Made by a program: the position numbers and the translations under genes. From the NCBI RefSeq assembly GCF_009914755.1, contig NC_060925.1: 64,000 nucleotides of DNA; one strand, written 5' to 3'. Position 1 is the stretch's first letter. Each line of letters begins with the position of its first letter. The notes beneath the pieces were generated by a model that saw only the letters and a list, made by a program, of their open reading frames with translations, did no database searches and had not been told where the DNA came from. This stretch comes from the human T2T-CHM13v2.0 reference genome, Homo sapiens. This document shows, piece after piece, positions 1 to 14,875 of the stretch.

Positions 1-379
1 GGGGGAGGAAAGAACCGGTCCTGAGGAGGCTCCTCCTCAATTCTGTTCAGTTTTTAAAACTAGAGTTTTTTCCTCTTAGTTCCTTCCCTTGGCCTTGAGG
101 CTGTCCCAGTAGACACAGGGAGGTTGGGGCAGGGCTGGAGCCCTGCGGATGCTCTGATGAGTGAGAATGAGTCACCCGCTCAGGCCTCTTTCTGCTTAAG
201 CAGAGGTAAAGGTCCAGCTTTGTAATAGCCGGAGTGTGAGGATCCCTCGCACTGATCTGCCCACAATGGGCCGCCGGCAGGCCCAGAGACCCTCAAGTCT
301 CATCCTCAGTGGTCTACCGAGCTGTGCACGGCCAGCTTCCCTGAATTCACTCCAAAGTCCCAGCCAAGCCCCCTCTATG

Positions 380-1078
380 TATTACAGGTAGTTAGGCATG
401 AAAGGGGCAGAAGAGAGGTCTCTCCATCACCCACTAGAAATCTCGGGTGATGATTCGGCAATGATCGCATCGCTTCTCTAAAAATGACAATTCCACCGCA
501 CCAGAAGAGACCATTTCCTGATGGTCCGCACCTGTTAACATCAAAATGTTAATCGAATGCAGGCTCCAGGGAGAAGCAACTTCCTGGGCATGCGTGTTAA
601 GAGACAAAAAATGATGACGTTTGATGACCACTCCACCAGAAAAGGGAAGAAAGCCTGAGGGGCCTGCGTGGACCTCCCTAAACACACTGCGCATGCTCCA
701 TTCCAAACGGTATGGCGAGCACTGCGCATGCGGGAAACCCACCCTGTAAGGGAAGAATCCTGGGAAAGAGGCAAGCCTATGAAGTCCCAGGATCAAGGTT
801 AAAGACCCTCTTTTTTACTGTCTTCTTGTGCTCTCTTTTCTCTCTTGGACCTTCAGGCGCCTGCTTGGGTCTCTTTCAAGCGAATTTTGCTTTCTTTCCT
901 GTTCTAAAGCCTTTTAACTAAACTTCCACTCCTGCTCTGAAACTTGCTCTCTTTTTCTGCCTTAACGCCCCTCAGTCGAATTCTTTCTTCTGAGGAGGCA
1001 AGGACTGAAGTTGCTGTGGACCCATAGGGATTCGCCATTGGTAACTCGGGGTAACTCGGCTCTCTTCCACTGCTGACG
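380..1078 (+). mobile_element. ERV1-class solo LTR (MER50-like)
   Basis: Start ttacaggtagttaggcatg; 3' motif gtcgaattctttcttctgaggaggcaag; 4-bp TSD tatg (376-379 and 1079-1082). Confidence 0.7.
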
Positions 1079-3430
1079 TATGTAGCAAGTCCTGTCTTCG
1101 GGTTGGCAGGCACCACGGCTGACACCACATGCGCAGAGAGAGGGGAAAGACCAAGAAGTGACTCATGACATCACCCTCGTCTCTGAAAGACAAGATGTTG
1201 GTCTCCTCAGGTGCCGTGCAGTCTTCAGTGTTGGCTGCAGCCACAGCCCCTGCAATGCAGACCAGGATGAGGGAAAGCCGCTGGAAGAGGCCTACAGCAT
1301 TTTTTATTAGTAAATCCAGAGGACGTGTTATATAAAGTGTAAGACAACCACCATTGCATGCATTTATTCATTCACTCATTCAGTAAGGAATTTTCCATTT
1401 CTTTATAAATGAGTAAAAGGTACAGGCTGGGTGGCCTTGGCCAGTATCCCATTAATGAAAGACAGATTTGAATAAAAATGTGTAAGGTCTCAAATACCAG
1501 GTTACTTACTGCTTTAGATGGTATTCAGAGGGGAGCCATTGAAAGTTTATAATGAGAAGGAAAACAAACATGATTTTCTGGTTCCTAATACTTTCCCATG
1601 GACAGTAACTATTTGCCTACAGATTGAGCAAACCATGGTGTTCTGTAAGATGCCTGGATTGTTCTGAGCACCAGGACGCTGGCTGCAAGGTGCGGGGCCC
1701 TTCGTCCACCGGGGTCTGTCCTGGTTCCTGGGCGAGCTGTGGCAGGGTCTTTCTGGCAGTCCACCCAGTGCCCTGTGGCAGGCGATCAGGAAGCAGAGGC
1801 AGAGCAGCTGGGGGAGGACTGGGATGACTGAACCTCTCCTGCTTAGGTTCAGGGGCCCTCCCTTCAAGGTGCGGCCTGTGTGAGACACGCATCCACAGCC
1901 CGGTAACCAAAACTGGCACACCCAGCACAGTCACCTCCACGGCAGCACATGACCTACATCAGCCAGTCAGCAGCTCTTACTGGGGAGCTCCTAGGTCCAA
2001 GTGCATGTGCAGCAGGACAGGGAGGGGGGCTTACCTACATTGAATTAGCAAAGTGAGATATACACACATGAGAAGTTCCAGAAGTAGCAAAGGATCACGG
2101 ATGGTTGCAGAAGCTGATTGGGGTGGAAGGAAGGACTTCGAGAGGAGATGGCACTGGAGCTGGGAGTTGAGGGAGAACTAGAGTGAAATTAGGAAACACG
2201 AAGATGAGAGGGTGTTTTGGCCATGGTGATAAAAAAGGAGTGGGAGGACACGCGTGAGGTGTGCTCCAGAGAGGTGAACACTCACTATGGCAGAGCCCAT
2301 TTTGGGGGCGGGTGCCATTCATTGGCCATTAAGGTGGCAAAGCTAGGTTTAAACCAGCCTTTCTATGTTTCTGAAAGTCAGGCTGAAGGTTTGGACGGTC
2401 TTCAGAGAAGAACCATGGAAAGTTTTTGGCAAAGAAACCAGATTCAGTGAGACGGTGTTGATGGAGAATTCAGTCTGTGCCAGGGATTGTGTTAGGGACT
2501 GGGGGTTCGACCGTGTTAAGACACGGTCTCTGTCTTTAGAGAGTATCTAACTGGGGGAATATGACACATAAGAAACAGATATTTTTGGTTTAACGTGATA
2601 AGGGCTGTGGTAAAAATATTCAGAGCAAGTTGTTGCAGCTTAGGAGAAGGGCAGGACACCTGGTTTTGTGGAACACAGGGAGGGAAGAGGAGGGAGTCAA
2701 GTGTGAAAGTCAGTGTACACAATGGGAGGGTTTGTACCTTCTGAGGGCGAGAGGCGGGGAAGAGATGTGGACCAGACGTGGACTCCAGCCTGGGGAGTGG
2801 CAGGGAGGATGCCGGAGCGATTCAGGAGGTGGATGAACCAGGTGAGGGTGGGAGAGAGTGGGAAGTGGTCGTTAATTGAGGTGGATGAGTCCAGCAGCCC
2901 TCTGACGAGTGGACAGGAAGGTACTAGAAGGTAAAGACACCCATCAGGAATGAAGGAACCTGGTACAAAGTGAGAAAAGCTGGAATGGAGAAGGAACAAG
3001 ACAAATAGGCTCTTGGAATGGTTCAGCTGCCTTGCTGAGAGTGGTCTGTGAAAGCGGGGATCTTACTGCAGTGAGGTTTCTCTTTTAAATAAGTCTGCTC
3101 CTTCTTTCTGTTACATCAAAAGAAGAAGAAAATTCCTCAAAACCTCCCAAAGACCACCACGGCTAACACTTTGGAAATATTTCCTTCAGATCATTTTTCC
3201 TACATCGATTTGTGTTTGGTTTTAACATGGTTCTAATCACACTGTGGATCCTGCTGCCTTTAACATCCTAGCGTGTATATTTCTCTGCATGTTAAATTTA
3301 TCCTGGCTATGACAGATGTTCATGTTTCCATGTAGATTTACGTGAAGATGCTCACTTTGCCACTTTTTGTTTCTTGCTTCACAGTAAACTTTGAAAATGT
3401 TGCTCCGTTCCCTTCCTTCCCATACCCCCC

Positions 3431-3860
3431 TCACTCACTTACCTCACTCACTCACCTCGCTCACTCACCTGGCTCACCTCGCTCACCTCACTCACTCACC
3501 TCACTCATCTCATTCACTCACCTCACTCATCTCATTCACTCACCTACCTCATTCACTCACCTCGCTCACTCACCTCATTCACTCACCTCACTCACCTCAC
3601 TCACTCACCTCACCTCACTCACTCACCTCGCTCACTCACCTCGCTCACTCACCTCATTCACTCACCTCACTCACCTCACTCACTCACCTCACCTCACTCA
3701 CTCACCTCGCTCACTCACCTCGCTCACTCATCTCGCTCACTCACCTCACTCACCTCGCTCACTCACCTCACTCTCTTGCTCACTCACCTCACCTCACTCA
3801 CTCACTTCACTCACCTCGCTCGCTCACTCACCTCACTCGCTAGCTCGCTCACTCACTCGC
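3431..3860. repeat. (TCAC/TCACC)n simple repeat
   Basis: About 430 bp of ctcactcacc variants. Confidence 0.95.
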
Positions 3861-3887
3861 CCCAACCTTCTTTCTTTCCTTCCTTCT

Positions 3888-4196
3888 TCTTTTTTTTTTT
3901 TTTGGAGATGGAGTTTCGCTCTTGTCACCCAGGCTGAAGAGCAGTGGCGCAATCTCCGCTCACTGCAACCTCCGCTCACTGCAAACTCCGCCTCCCAGGT
4001 TCAAGCGATTCTCCTGCCTCAGCCTCCCGTGTAGCTGGGATTAGAGGCGCCCACCACCACACCTGGCTAATTTTTGTATTTCTAGTAGAGACGGGGTTTC
4101 ACCATGTTGGCAGGCTGGTCTCGAACTCCTGACCTCAGGTGATCTGCCCGCCTCAGCCTCCCAAAGTGCTACAGGCATGAGCCACCGCGCCCGGCC
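3888..4196 (-). mobile_element. AluS
   Basis: Poly-T plus reverse Alu consensus; small internal duplication ctccgctcactgcaa. Confidence 0.9.
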
Positions 4197-4634
4197 TCTT
4201 TCCTTCTTTCTTATAGTTCCTAGTTCTCTTCTTACTGCCTCCCTTCATTTCCAGGGTCATGAATAGACATTTTCTTTCAAATCAGCAAGTTTCTTTTTAA
4301 GACATACACCAGAGAATATCTCTAAGGCCTAAACTCTCAGAGGTTTCAAGTCACCTGCTGGGCAGAGGAAGGATTTCTGGTGATGGAGGCCTCACTCCAA
4401 GGGGCGAGGGACTGGCGGCTGATGACTCCAAGGCAGGGACACTTGTCAAGATGAAGAGGAAGGGAAGGCGAGACTGGGCCCAAGCAGATAAAGGTGTTTC
4501 CTGGATTTTTCAAGGCCATAGAGGCTCAGAAAGAGGGGACTATAACACATTCCATTTAGAGGGGGAAAAAATGTATGGTGTATCAACTAAGCCACTGGCC
4601 CACATTTGGGAGGAGTTTTAATATTAAAGAGCAG

Positions 4635-4962
<328 letters not shown>

Positions 4963-4970
4963 TTAAAAAG

Positions 4971-5492
4971 CAGGAGTTCCCAACCCTGCTCTAAAATACC
5001 TGTAGGTCCATGGCCTGTTAGGAACAAAGCCACATAGCAGGAGGTGAACAGCAGGCAAGCAAGCAAAGCTTCATCTGTTTTTACAGCCGCTCCCCATCAC
5101 TCCCATTACTGCCTGAGCTCTGCCTCCTGTCAGAACTGCTGCAGCATTAGATTCTCATAGGAGCTTGAACCCTATTGTGAACTGCACATGCGAGGGATCT
5201 AGGTTGCTCCTTATGAGAATCTAATGCCTGACGATCTGTCACTGTCTCCCGTCACCCCCAGATGGGACCATCTAGTTGCAGGAAAACAAGCTGAGTGAGG
5301 ATTCCCACTGATTCTATACTATGGTGAGTTGTATAATTATTTCCTTATATATTACAATGTAATAATAATAGAAATAAAGTGCACAATAAATGTAATGCAC
5401 TTGAATCATCCCGAAACCATTCCACCCCCCAACCGTGGAAAAATTATTTTCCACGAAACCAGTCCCTGGTGCCAAAAAGGTGGGGACCACTG
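4971..5492 (+). mobile_element. MER1A (hAT-Charlie)
   Basis: TIRs caggagttcccaacc...ggtggggaccactg; internal gcattagattctcataggagc. Confidence 0.85.
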
Positions 5493-7168
5493 GTATGGAG
5501 TGTTTCCAGTGAGGCTTCATAAGAACCAGTTTGTTCTTCCTTTGCTTCCTACCTAATAGGTACACACAGCCTATCTCTCTCTCTCTCCCCCGCAACCCTG
5601 TGTCTCTCTCTCCCCCGCAACCCTGCGTCTCTCTCTATGTCTCTCTCTCACACACACATACTTTCTTTTTCTCTATCTCTGTGTGTGTGTCTCTCTCTCT
5701 GTTTCTCTCTCTCCTTGGCTCTCTTTCTCTCTCCTTTAACCCAGTGAAATTTCCAAAGGAGCCTTTGTTCAGTACACATGATAACAGGTTTCCTTTGTCC
5801 CATATGCCTACCACTGTCCCCAGCCCTTGTATATGTATTTCTCACAACACTTTTCAGGAGGAAGATACCATCATTATGCACAGAAAGGATACCTCGCTTG
5901 TCCACAGTCACACAACCAGTCAGTGTCAGAGGCTGGATTAGAACTCAGATCACCCGCCTCCAAAGTCCATTCTTTTAACCACTGTGCCATACTCTGATCT
6001 CGCTATATTATATTCTTTCAACTTCATGGTTTTCAAAGAGAAGATAGAATCACAGTGGGATTTTATTGCAGAGACAAACATTACGTTCAAAGTTCTTTTG
6101 ACCTGAATGTAGATGATGTACCAAAGACTCACAATTTCTTGCAGTTCAGTCATTGGGTGACTGCTTTATCCAGCCAGGCAAGGAGTAACCCAGGAAAACA
6201 TTTTGCCTTTTCCTAAGCTGTCTGGAGAACAGCTAGGCCTTTGCCTTAATAGTGTAGCCTGGCCTTAGCGATGTTGAGGCTTTGTGTTCATCTGACTTCC
6301 ATGACCAAGGGCCTCAGAGTGAGGACAATGTGTTCCACTGGCTTGATCTAATGAGAATATCATTGCCTGTGCCTGGTGTGTTGCGGCAGTCCACCCCCTC
6401 ATCCCCCAGTGCCCCCATTCCTGTCTCTGTACTGACTAGCAGAGTAAGGAATCTATAGAGTACAGAACTCTATCTGGAAGACGAAATCGCCAGTGTTGAT
6501 TTCTAAAGCTCCCTTTTGTGCAGCTTGCTTCTGTGAGGATCTTGAAAGACTTTCACTCTGCAGCAGCCAGGACTGGAGTCCACTCACCCCCACTAGCCAC
6601 ATGCTTCCTGCCCCAAATGTCAAGGTTTTCATTTGACCATGGTATAATGAGCTGTATAAAATTAAAAACAGCTAAATACCACCTTATTTACAGTAATTTT
6701 CTATTTTCTGTGCTCATCACCGAAACCTCTCCTTAACAACGCCAACCTCCAGATCATACCAATCACCACTGAGAAGCCCAATCACTACAACCACTAACCA
6801 CAACATAAATCAACGTGAGGACCTGAGAGCTCGCTTGCTCCCACTCTGTCCCTAGCCCAGCCTGGTTTTTCCATCACATGCTTCTTAGGCAGCAGGGAGC
6901 TGAGGCAGGGGGAACATTTAGTTCCTTTTTCAAAGACTGGGGACACTTAAAAATATCTCCAAGTAAGCAACCAGCATTCAGAGGATGCTTATTTACACTT
7001 TGTAGGAGCCTGGTGTTGGGACTCTGGCTCCTGGATGGCGTCAAACCTGCCCTTGGGCTTGGCCGAGGCTGGTCTGGGAGTATCATTTGCAAATGGCTCT
7101 TGCTTCACGGTTGCATCTCCATCTGGGTAAACAACCTAGCGACAGCGCTGGCTCTTCTTAAGGCTGTC

Positions 7169-7568
7169 TGTTATGGACTGAACTGTGTCCCTCTCAGATT
7201 CACTTGTTAAAGTCCTGACCCCAGTACACCTCAGAATGTGACTGTATATAGAAATAGGGCATGTAAAGCAGTCATGACGGTTAAGTAAGGTCATATGGAT
7301 TGGCTCTAGTTCAAATGTGACTGGTATCCTTCTAAGAAGAGGAAGAGACACCAGAGCTCACTCTCTTTCCACGCACACAATGGCCATGTGAGCACACTGT
7401 GAGAAGATGCCATCCGCAAGCCAAGAAGAGAGGCCTTGGGAGAAACCAAACCTGCTGTCACCTTGATCTTGGACTTCCAGCCTCAAGAACTGTGAGAAAA
7501 TAAATTTCTGCTGTTTATTCCACCCAATTTGTGGCATTTTGTTATGGCAGCCCAAGCCAACTAAGATA
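7169..7568 (+). mobile_element. MLT1B-like MaLR LTR
   Basis: tgttatggactgaactgtgtcc...ttgttatggcagcc...ctaagatac. Confidence 0.8.
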
Positions 7569-8290
7569 CCATCCATGTAATTTCTTCTTGTATGGCAAGG
7601 TCTTAACATGAGACATGAATGAATCAATGGCCATTTCTATGCAGAAATTTAAAAGCATTCTTGAGTTCTCATGGGGAGATTTAAATTCTCCATATATGAA
7701 CCCCTCTAGCCTGTACTTTCTTATAGGAAAATTCTCTGTGAGATTGGAATATTCCAGAAGTTAACCAAAAGGATCTTAATTTACACTCTATCTCCTATTC
7801 CTCACATTCCTAGTACTGTTAATTACTCTCCTTCCTCAACCTCTGCTCCATCCCTTTGGCAAGCCCATGCATTTAGTAGATGTTTATTGAGTGCTTCTCT
7901 AGGCCAGCTTAGGCTTTAGGCACTGGAGGTACGGGAATGAAGAAAACAGATAAGGCACGTGCTCTCACGTGGCTTCCATCCTAGCAGAGGAAAACAGAAA
8001 TAAAAATAAATAAATAAATAAATAAGGACTATGTCAGATAGTGAAAAGCTATTCAGGAATTTTAAATACAGCAATGCAAGAATGACTTAGGCAGACAGGA
8101 ACTCTGTCCTTTCCAACTAAAAACCATTCTACTCCCTCTTCTCTTCTTTCCATCAGCATAACTACCCCTTGAGTGCGCAAGCTCCTGGGCTGGGCTCCTG
8201 CAAAAGCATTCTAATTGACCTCTCTGCCACCTCCTTTGCACCACTGCAGTTCATTTTCCACATAGCAGCTAGGGAAATACGTAAAAAACA

Positions 8291-8880
8291 AAGCTGGTTT
8301 TCATTATTCACAATAGCTGTGTTCTATAAAGTTGCTTCAAACCCTGAATTCTGGAATACTGAAGCATTGCTCCTAGGGGAAACACAGGGTTAGGTTCCTA
8401 TGAGCCTCTGATCACCCATCAGTACATAACTTTGTTTTATGTGTATTTCTGTGTAAAGACACCTCATTTAATATATATTGTTGACTCATTAACATTGAAT
8501 TCATGGCTAACAGCACAATAACTCATGCCTGAGCAAAACTTATCTGACATACATATTTTCTACATAAGGCACTTTCTGGCCTTCCCGTGCTTATGAACAC
8601 TGGACAGCACTTCAGTACTAGTCTGCAGTGGGGGCAGGAAAAGTGGACATTTTAAGCAACAAAATCACCAACAAAGAGCCAAGAAAAATGTAAAATAAGA
8701 TGGCACTAAATAGACCACAAAAAGGTCACTTGTTTATAGTAAGAGAGCTGAAACAAGAAGAGAGCATGTCACTTTGACCTCAGCTAGCAACCCGCAGGTT
8801 AGGTGACTCACATTTTTTGCTTTGCTCATGTCTGTGAATGACTGCAAACTTGTCACCCAGTATTGGTCTTGGGGTAATAT
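8291..8880 (+). mobile_element. MER82-like (TcMar-Tigger)
   Basis: cattattc...gttctataaagt...ttgctcctaggggaaacacagggttaggttcct. Confidence 0.65.
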
Positions 8881-8889
8881 ACAGGTATT

Positions 8890-9276
8890 CCTATGGTTTA
8901 AATGTATCCCTTCCCAAATTCAGGTGTTGCCAATGTGACAGTATTGAGAGATGAGGGCTCTAAGAGGTGATTAGGACATGCAGGCTCCTCCCTCTTGAAT
9001 GGGATTAAGGTCCTTATAAAATAAGCTTCACACAGTGTTAGCTCACTTGCCCTTCAGCCTTCTGCCATGTGAAGACACAGCATTCCTTCCCTCTGGAGGA
9101 CACAGCAACAAGGCACCATCTTGGAAACAGAGAGAAGCCTTTGCCAGACAACCAAACCCGTTGGTGCTTTTATCTTGGACTTCCCAGCCTCCAGAACTGT
9201 GAGAAAATAGCTTTCTGTTCTTTATAAGCTAGCTACTCGGTCTCAGCCATTTTGTTTTAGTAGCACAAACGGACTA
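8890..9276 (+). mobile_element. MST-type MaLR LTR
   Basis: ctatggtttaaatgt...ggacttcccagcctccagaactgtgagaaa...agcacaaacggacta. Confidence 0.75.
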
Positions 9277-10001
9277 TTTTTGGTATTCTCTCAGGAATAT
9301 TTCTCTGTATTCCATCAGCGAGCTACACATGCTTCATGGGAGTTGATACGCATAGGAATAATAGACTCACGGTAGCAAACATTCAGTATCTGTTAAGTAA
9401 ATGACTGAATGCATTAGTAAAATTTCAAGTGCTGCTTTTCTTTAAGTTAGGAACTGTTTCATTACATTGAAATCTCCAGCGGCTAGCACAATACCTATTG
9501 TAGATATCTAAGTTATGTTTGATGAATGAATGAATGGTCATAAATTTTGAATATTAAATTAGACATAATAAGAACAGTTTATCAACTCTAAAGCTTTTGA
9601 AAGTGCCCAGATAGTCTCTTCAGAATCACCACAAAATTATTTATCGGCCTCTTAATCCATAATTAAACGTGCTATACCTCTATTTTTTGAAAAATTACTT
9701 CTTCAATATTTTTTGTTTTTTTATCACTGTGACTATGAAAAGATTACTCAACTCTATTGATTGCCAATATAGAATAGTTCAGCTACATGATGATTTAATA
9801 AGGGTTTTATAGAATGGGAACTCAATTCTCATCTATTTACGATATTGTGTTCATGAGAAAAATGGATTCCAAGGTCTAAAACAGACTTTATCTAATGCTT
9901 TCTGAAAATACGATTCATTTAATAATATAGACACTTAAATGGATTTTATTTATTCTCAAATACATGGCATAACCTCAAATCTCAAAAAAGGTCATGGGGT
10001 G

Positions 10002-10717
<716 letters not shown>

Positions 10718-11861
10718 CTAATAAAAAGGGCTCTGTGTCTATGTGTGTGTGTGTCTATAAAATACAAATTTTCCTTGTTTTTCCACCTCTTCCTTGACGG
10801 TCCATTCTGTACACTGGCACCAGATTAATCTTTTACAGGTGAGACTCCAAGTTCACAAACCTTCCCCAGCTCACCTTCATTCACAGGGCCAAGTTGGAAC
10901 CCTTAGCATAAAAGTTCCCCTCACAAGAGCCTCAGCTCCCTCCACACTTCTCCAACTCCTTCTAAATCCTCGCCTGCTGCTTAGCAAACTAGTTAACAGC
11001 TCCTGGCCCTTCACATGCATCCCCTCTCTTTCCCTGCCTTGATTCCTTGGTTCTCCTATCTGCTCAACCCGTGACCACCTCTCCACCACAGCAAATCCTG
11101 CTCGTCCTTCAAGACTCTGCCCAAGTCCTCTTAGGCCTCGCACACCATCCCTCTAGGCAAAAGGACTCCCCCTGTCCGACCCTAGAACACAGATTCAGCA
11201 GGGCATTATGGCTTGTGCTACCCAGGCTGGCTGGCTGAATCCCTCTGCCACCGTACTTCAGGAAGAAAGGGAGAAAACAAATTTACTGAGGACCTCCTAT
11301 GTGTCAGGTACCCAGCCGAGCATTTTTATAAATGTTCTCTCACTCCTTACCAGGTGGGTACTGGCATTTTCATTTTGACAGCTGGGAACACAGAGAATAA
11401 ATAACTTGTTGAAGTAACTCAGCTGAGAAGTGATAGGACCAGAATATAAGCCTGGAAAGGACACGGGAAGGATATAAAACTAAAAAATCAGGAGATCTCC
11501 AATTTAATTAACCTTTCTGAATCTCATTTTTTTTTTCTCATTAACGGAAATGGCTAACAACACCTACCTCATGGAAATGTGCAAATTAACTGAGGACATT
11601 ATTTTGAAAGGCTTTATCAGCTGTGGAGGTTTCTTTTCTCTTGGTGCCTAGCACACTCCAATGCTTAATAAATATTTGTTACTAGATTGATTTCTACGTC
11701 TTCTCTTAAAAGCTGCACTATCTGTTAGTCTCCCATGCCACGTCTCCCTGCTCTTAGCTGGTTACGATAATATTCGTGTACCCAACTTTGAAAAAGAAAT
11801 CATGCCATGATTTGCTGAGAACCATTTCCAGGTCCAGCATGATGAGAGAGTCAACACTTAC

Positions 11862-13726
11862 CTGCACACATTTGCAAATATTGCGTAATGTGCTCAGGAG
11901 AGAGAATTCCTCCCAGTATTTTTGTAACCTGTGTTCGGTGGTGCTAACTAATTCTAATGTGTAACATCAGTTTGCTTCTCCCCCCTGAAAGATAGCAACT
12001 GTCAATAATCATCACCGTGTCTCCCACTTGCAGAGCTCACTTAAACCGTCTAAAAACCCTTGATAGGGAGTGATATCAGCCTTTTCCCTCTGGACCAAGC
12101 TACCTAAGGAAAGCAGTATTGGTCTCATGCTAAGTCATTTGTTTTTGCTAAGAGTTTTATTGTTCCTTCACACGATAGTGATAACTGAGTTTTGGCTTCT
12201 AACTTATCTTTCCATGCCTTCTGAGTATTTGCACACTATATTTGGCATATTTCATGGTCTGTGCTTCTGTTCTTTATTTCGATTTTCAGTTTCCTCCTTC
12301 GCCCCTCCTTCTTTCCATGATTACCCAGCTGAGCTCCATGCAAACATGTCTTCTCTATTTATTCACATCACAATATCATTTTGACCCTCAGCTTTCCTAT
12401 TTCATGTTTCAGAAATTTCCCCAAACAGTACTCCCTTGCCCTGGTGTCATTAGAGCTCCTATCTCTGAACCTCTAGAGTTACAACTTGCCCTGATCCACA
12501 GTTTCTTTCCTGCTTGTGAATTTCCTTTCCTCTAAGTAGTAAAATTAGTAACTCTTTGCATTTCTTAATTGTAGTTTCAACAGCTTGGATTCTTTTTGTA
12601 GGAAACTTGCTTACTCTTTGGAGCTCCTTTTCCACCACAACTAGGCCGTACAAAACCAAAGTTATTTTTAAGATGGAGTGGTCCTCAAAAATAGGCACCA
12701 ACCAGTGCTTTTGTACATAAAGTCAATAACTTCTAGATATAGATTTTCTTTCTCTACCATACGCCCCTGCTCTATACAATTACCCAGTGATCAAAACAGA
12801 AACCTTAGCCAAACAAACGCATCCTATGGTGTGCAATGCTTTTCCTTTCTTATCCAATATACAAGGCTTTTTCACTCTGCCTAGTTCAACTCTTCATAAA
12901 TATTAATCGGTCCCATTGATTCATCTTTCCATTTTACAGCCATTAATAGACACCTCTCTGGATGGACATCACATAGTTTATCCACTTTAACCAGGCTGAT
13001 CGATTCTTTTTTCTGAAGAACGCTTGCTTTAGAGAAGTCAGGGAAACCAATTTCTCTTCTTGTTTTCTTTTACCAGTCTTCTGAAGAAGAGCCAAAGGTG
13101 AGAGGCGCTCTAACCCATGAGGCTTTTTTTTCCCCTTCCTTTCTGTCCTCACTCACAGCACCTCTTTCTTTGCCCCAAAGCGCTCCCGCCACATCTGTGC
13201 CCCAATACCACTTGTTACTTAGCATCCATGCTGGCTGGCTGCCGTGGCCACACTTACAGGTAGTGTGGGTGGGCACTGTTCTCGGTCCACACATCCTCCC
13301 CAAGAACCCTGTTGAGTGGAGATGTGACAGGGCCAGGGGTCACTTAAAGATTGTTCACAGGCTGCTAACAGGCTGGGGGAACAGTGGGTCCAAGTCAGAG
13401 CTGCTCTTGCCGTGGGTGATGGCTGGTCTTCTTTGGTTAAGCTGACCCAGCACTGCTCAGCCAAGTCTCTCATGGTCAAGTGTTATTTCTTCCAGGCAGT
13501 GGCCCAAACAAACATTCTTGGAAGGCCACTTTCCTTTGTTAACTTTATTAACAGATAAGTCTCTAGTACGAAAGAGTTCTGGGGCCACCTGAGGCATAGG
13601 GACAGTTTCTGTGCTGCTTGAGAATAATCCCTTTGGGAGATCATTCGCTTAGCGGCCAGAGACTTGTGTGAGCCTGAGAGGTAATTAGGTTATAGGTGCC
13701 GAGCAGATCCACTTGTACCAGCTGTT
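11862..13726 (-). pseudogene. E21, large (about 1.87 kb) exon
   Basis: gctttctcttccag| ... CAG|gtaagt; contains INIYEELN*AE*KSLVYWIRKE...KENLYLEVIDFMYK/HWLVPIFEDHSILKITLVLYGL...LQKYWEEFSLLSTLRNICKCVQ. Confidence 0.7.
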
Positions 13727-14450
13727 CTGGAAGAGAAAGCAGATGTGTGAATGGAAGAAAGAGATGCATTCGAGGTTACAGAATGAAGGTCAGCGGGAAA
13801 GATGAGAATTCAGGATTCTCACTGATAGTTAGAGGTTTGTTGGTTTTTAATTCCCAGAAGAATCATGAAGAATGGATAGTAATAATAATACTTGACCCAT
13901 GCACACTCTTTTATATACTAGACACTGTTCTAGTGGTTTAAATGTATTCACTTATTTGATCTTCATACCACCCATAAAAGTCCCCATTTAATAGATGAGG
14001 GAAAAGGACACCCACAAGTTCAGTAAGGTGGCCAGGGTCACACAGGGAGAAGGATGTAGGACCAGGACTCAAACCCTGGCAGTCGGGACCCATAGCCTTA
14101 ACTGTGTGTGTGCGCACATGTGTGTGAGAGAAAGAGACAGTGGGGTATGTTTCAAAGACAGACATGGAGGTGGTGCTATGCATATGGTTCATATGAGTCC
14201 CCTCCAAAGACTATTTCCAGACTAAATAGTGGCTCCAAAAGCTGACATTTACTGAGCGCCTATTAAATCTTCTCGAATTCTTACAATAATTCAGCAAGAA
14301 TTTTCAGTTTTGAGGTGAGAAAACAGAGATTCAGAGAAGCGAAGCGAATTGGCCAAGATTACCCAGATAGTAAGGCAGATGGCGGACCAAGACTTGAGTC
14401 CAGAGGCCAAGCTCTTTGTGGCCCACCTTGTCTGGAGAGGGCCCCCTCAC

Positions 14451-14694
14451 CTTGTCAAGTGTATGAGTCAATCAGACTATGAAGTAGCTCACAGAACTCT
14501 TTCATAAATTTGTTTGCATTTTCATTACACATATTATCCAAAAGAATCTTGTATCCTATGTCATCTGGCTGATAAATTTCTGATCTCACTCTATGGATCA
14601 CTGGAAGAAGAGAATGGACTCCTCCTTGCTGATCATTTTTATGTGGAATATCAAACCAATGTTGTGGATTCATTGACATGCATATACTTCAGAA
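14451..14694 (-). pseudogene. E20, helical domain exon
   Basis: ctctctctttag| F*SICMSMNPQHWFD...LLDNMCNENANKFMKEFCELLHSLIDSYT*Q G|gtgagg; canonical sites, only 2 TGA. Confidence 0.75.
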
Positions 14695-14875
14695 CTAAAG
14701 AGAGAGCACAGTGATAGTCCCTGAATGCTTGCCCTAAGGAAGGAGCTTCCCCAAAATACAAGGCAAGAAGATGCTACACGGGTCTTTCCACTCCACAATT
14801 TCACTTAGGATCTGATTGTTTTTGCATTTTCCCTTTCGAAGAATTTTGTAACTAGCCAGAAGGTAAGAATGTCAC

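Noticed and set aside
3342-4034. 230-aa ORF, the longest in the track
   Set aside because: It is a translation of the TCAC repeat running into an Alu.
11862-12049. Separate small exon starting at gggtttttag|
   Set aside because: The reading frame continues upstream through this site (…YQGFLDGLSELCKW…), so it was treated as internal to the large exon E21.
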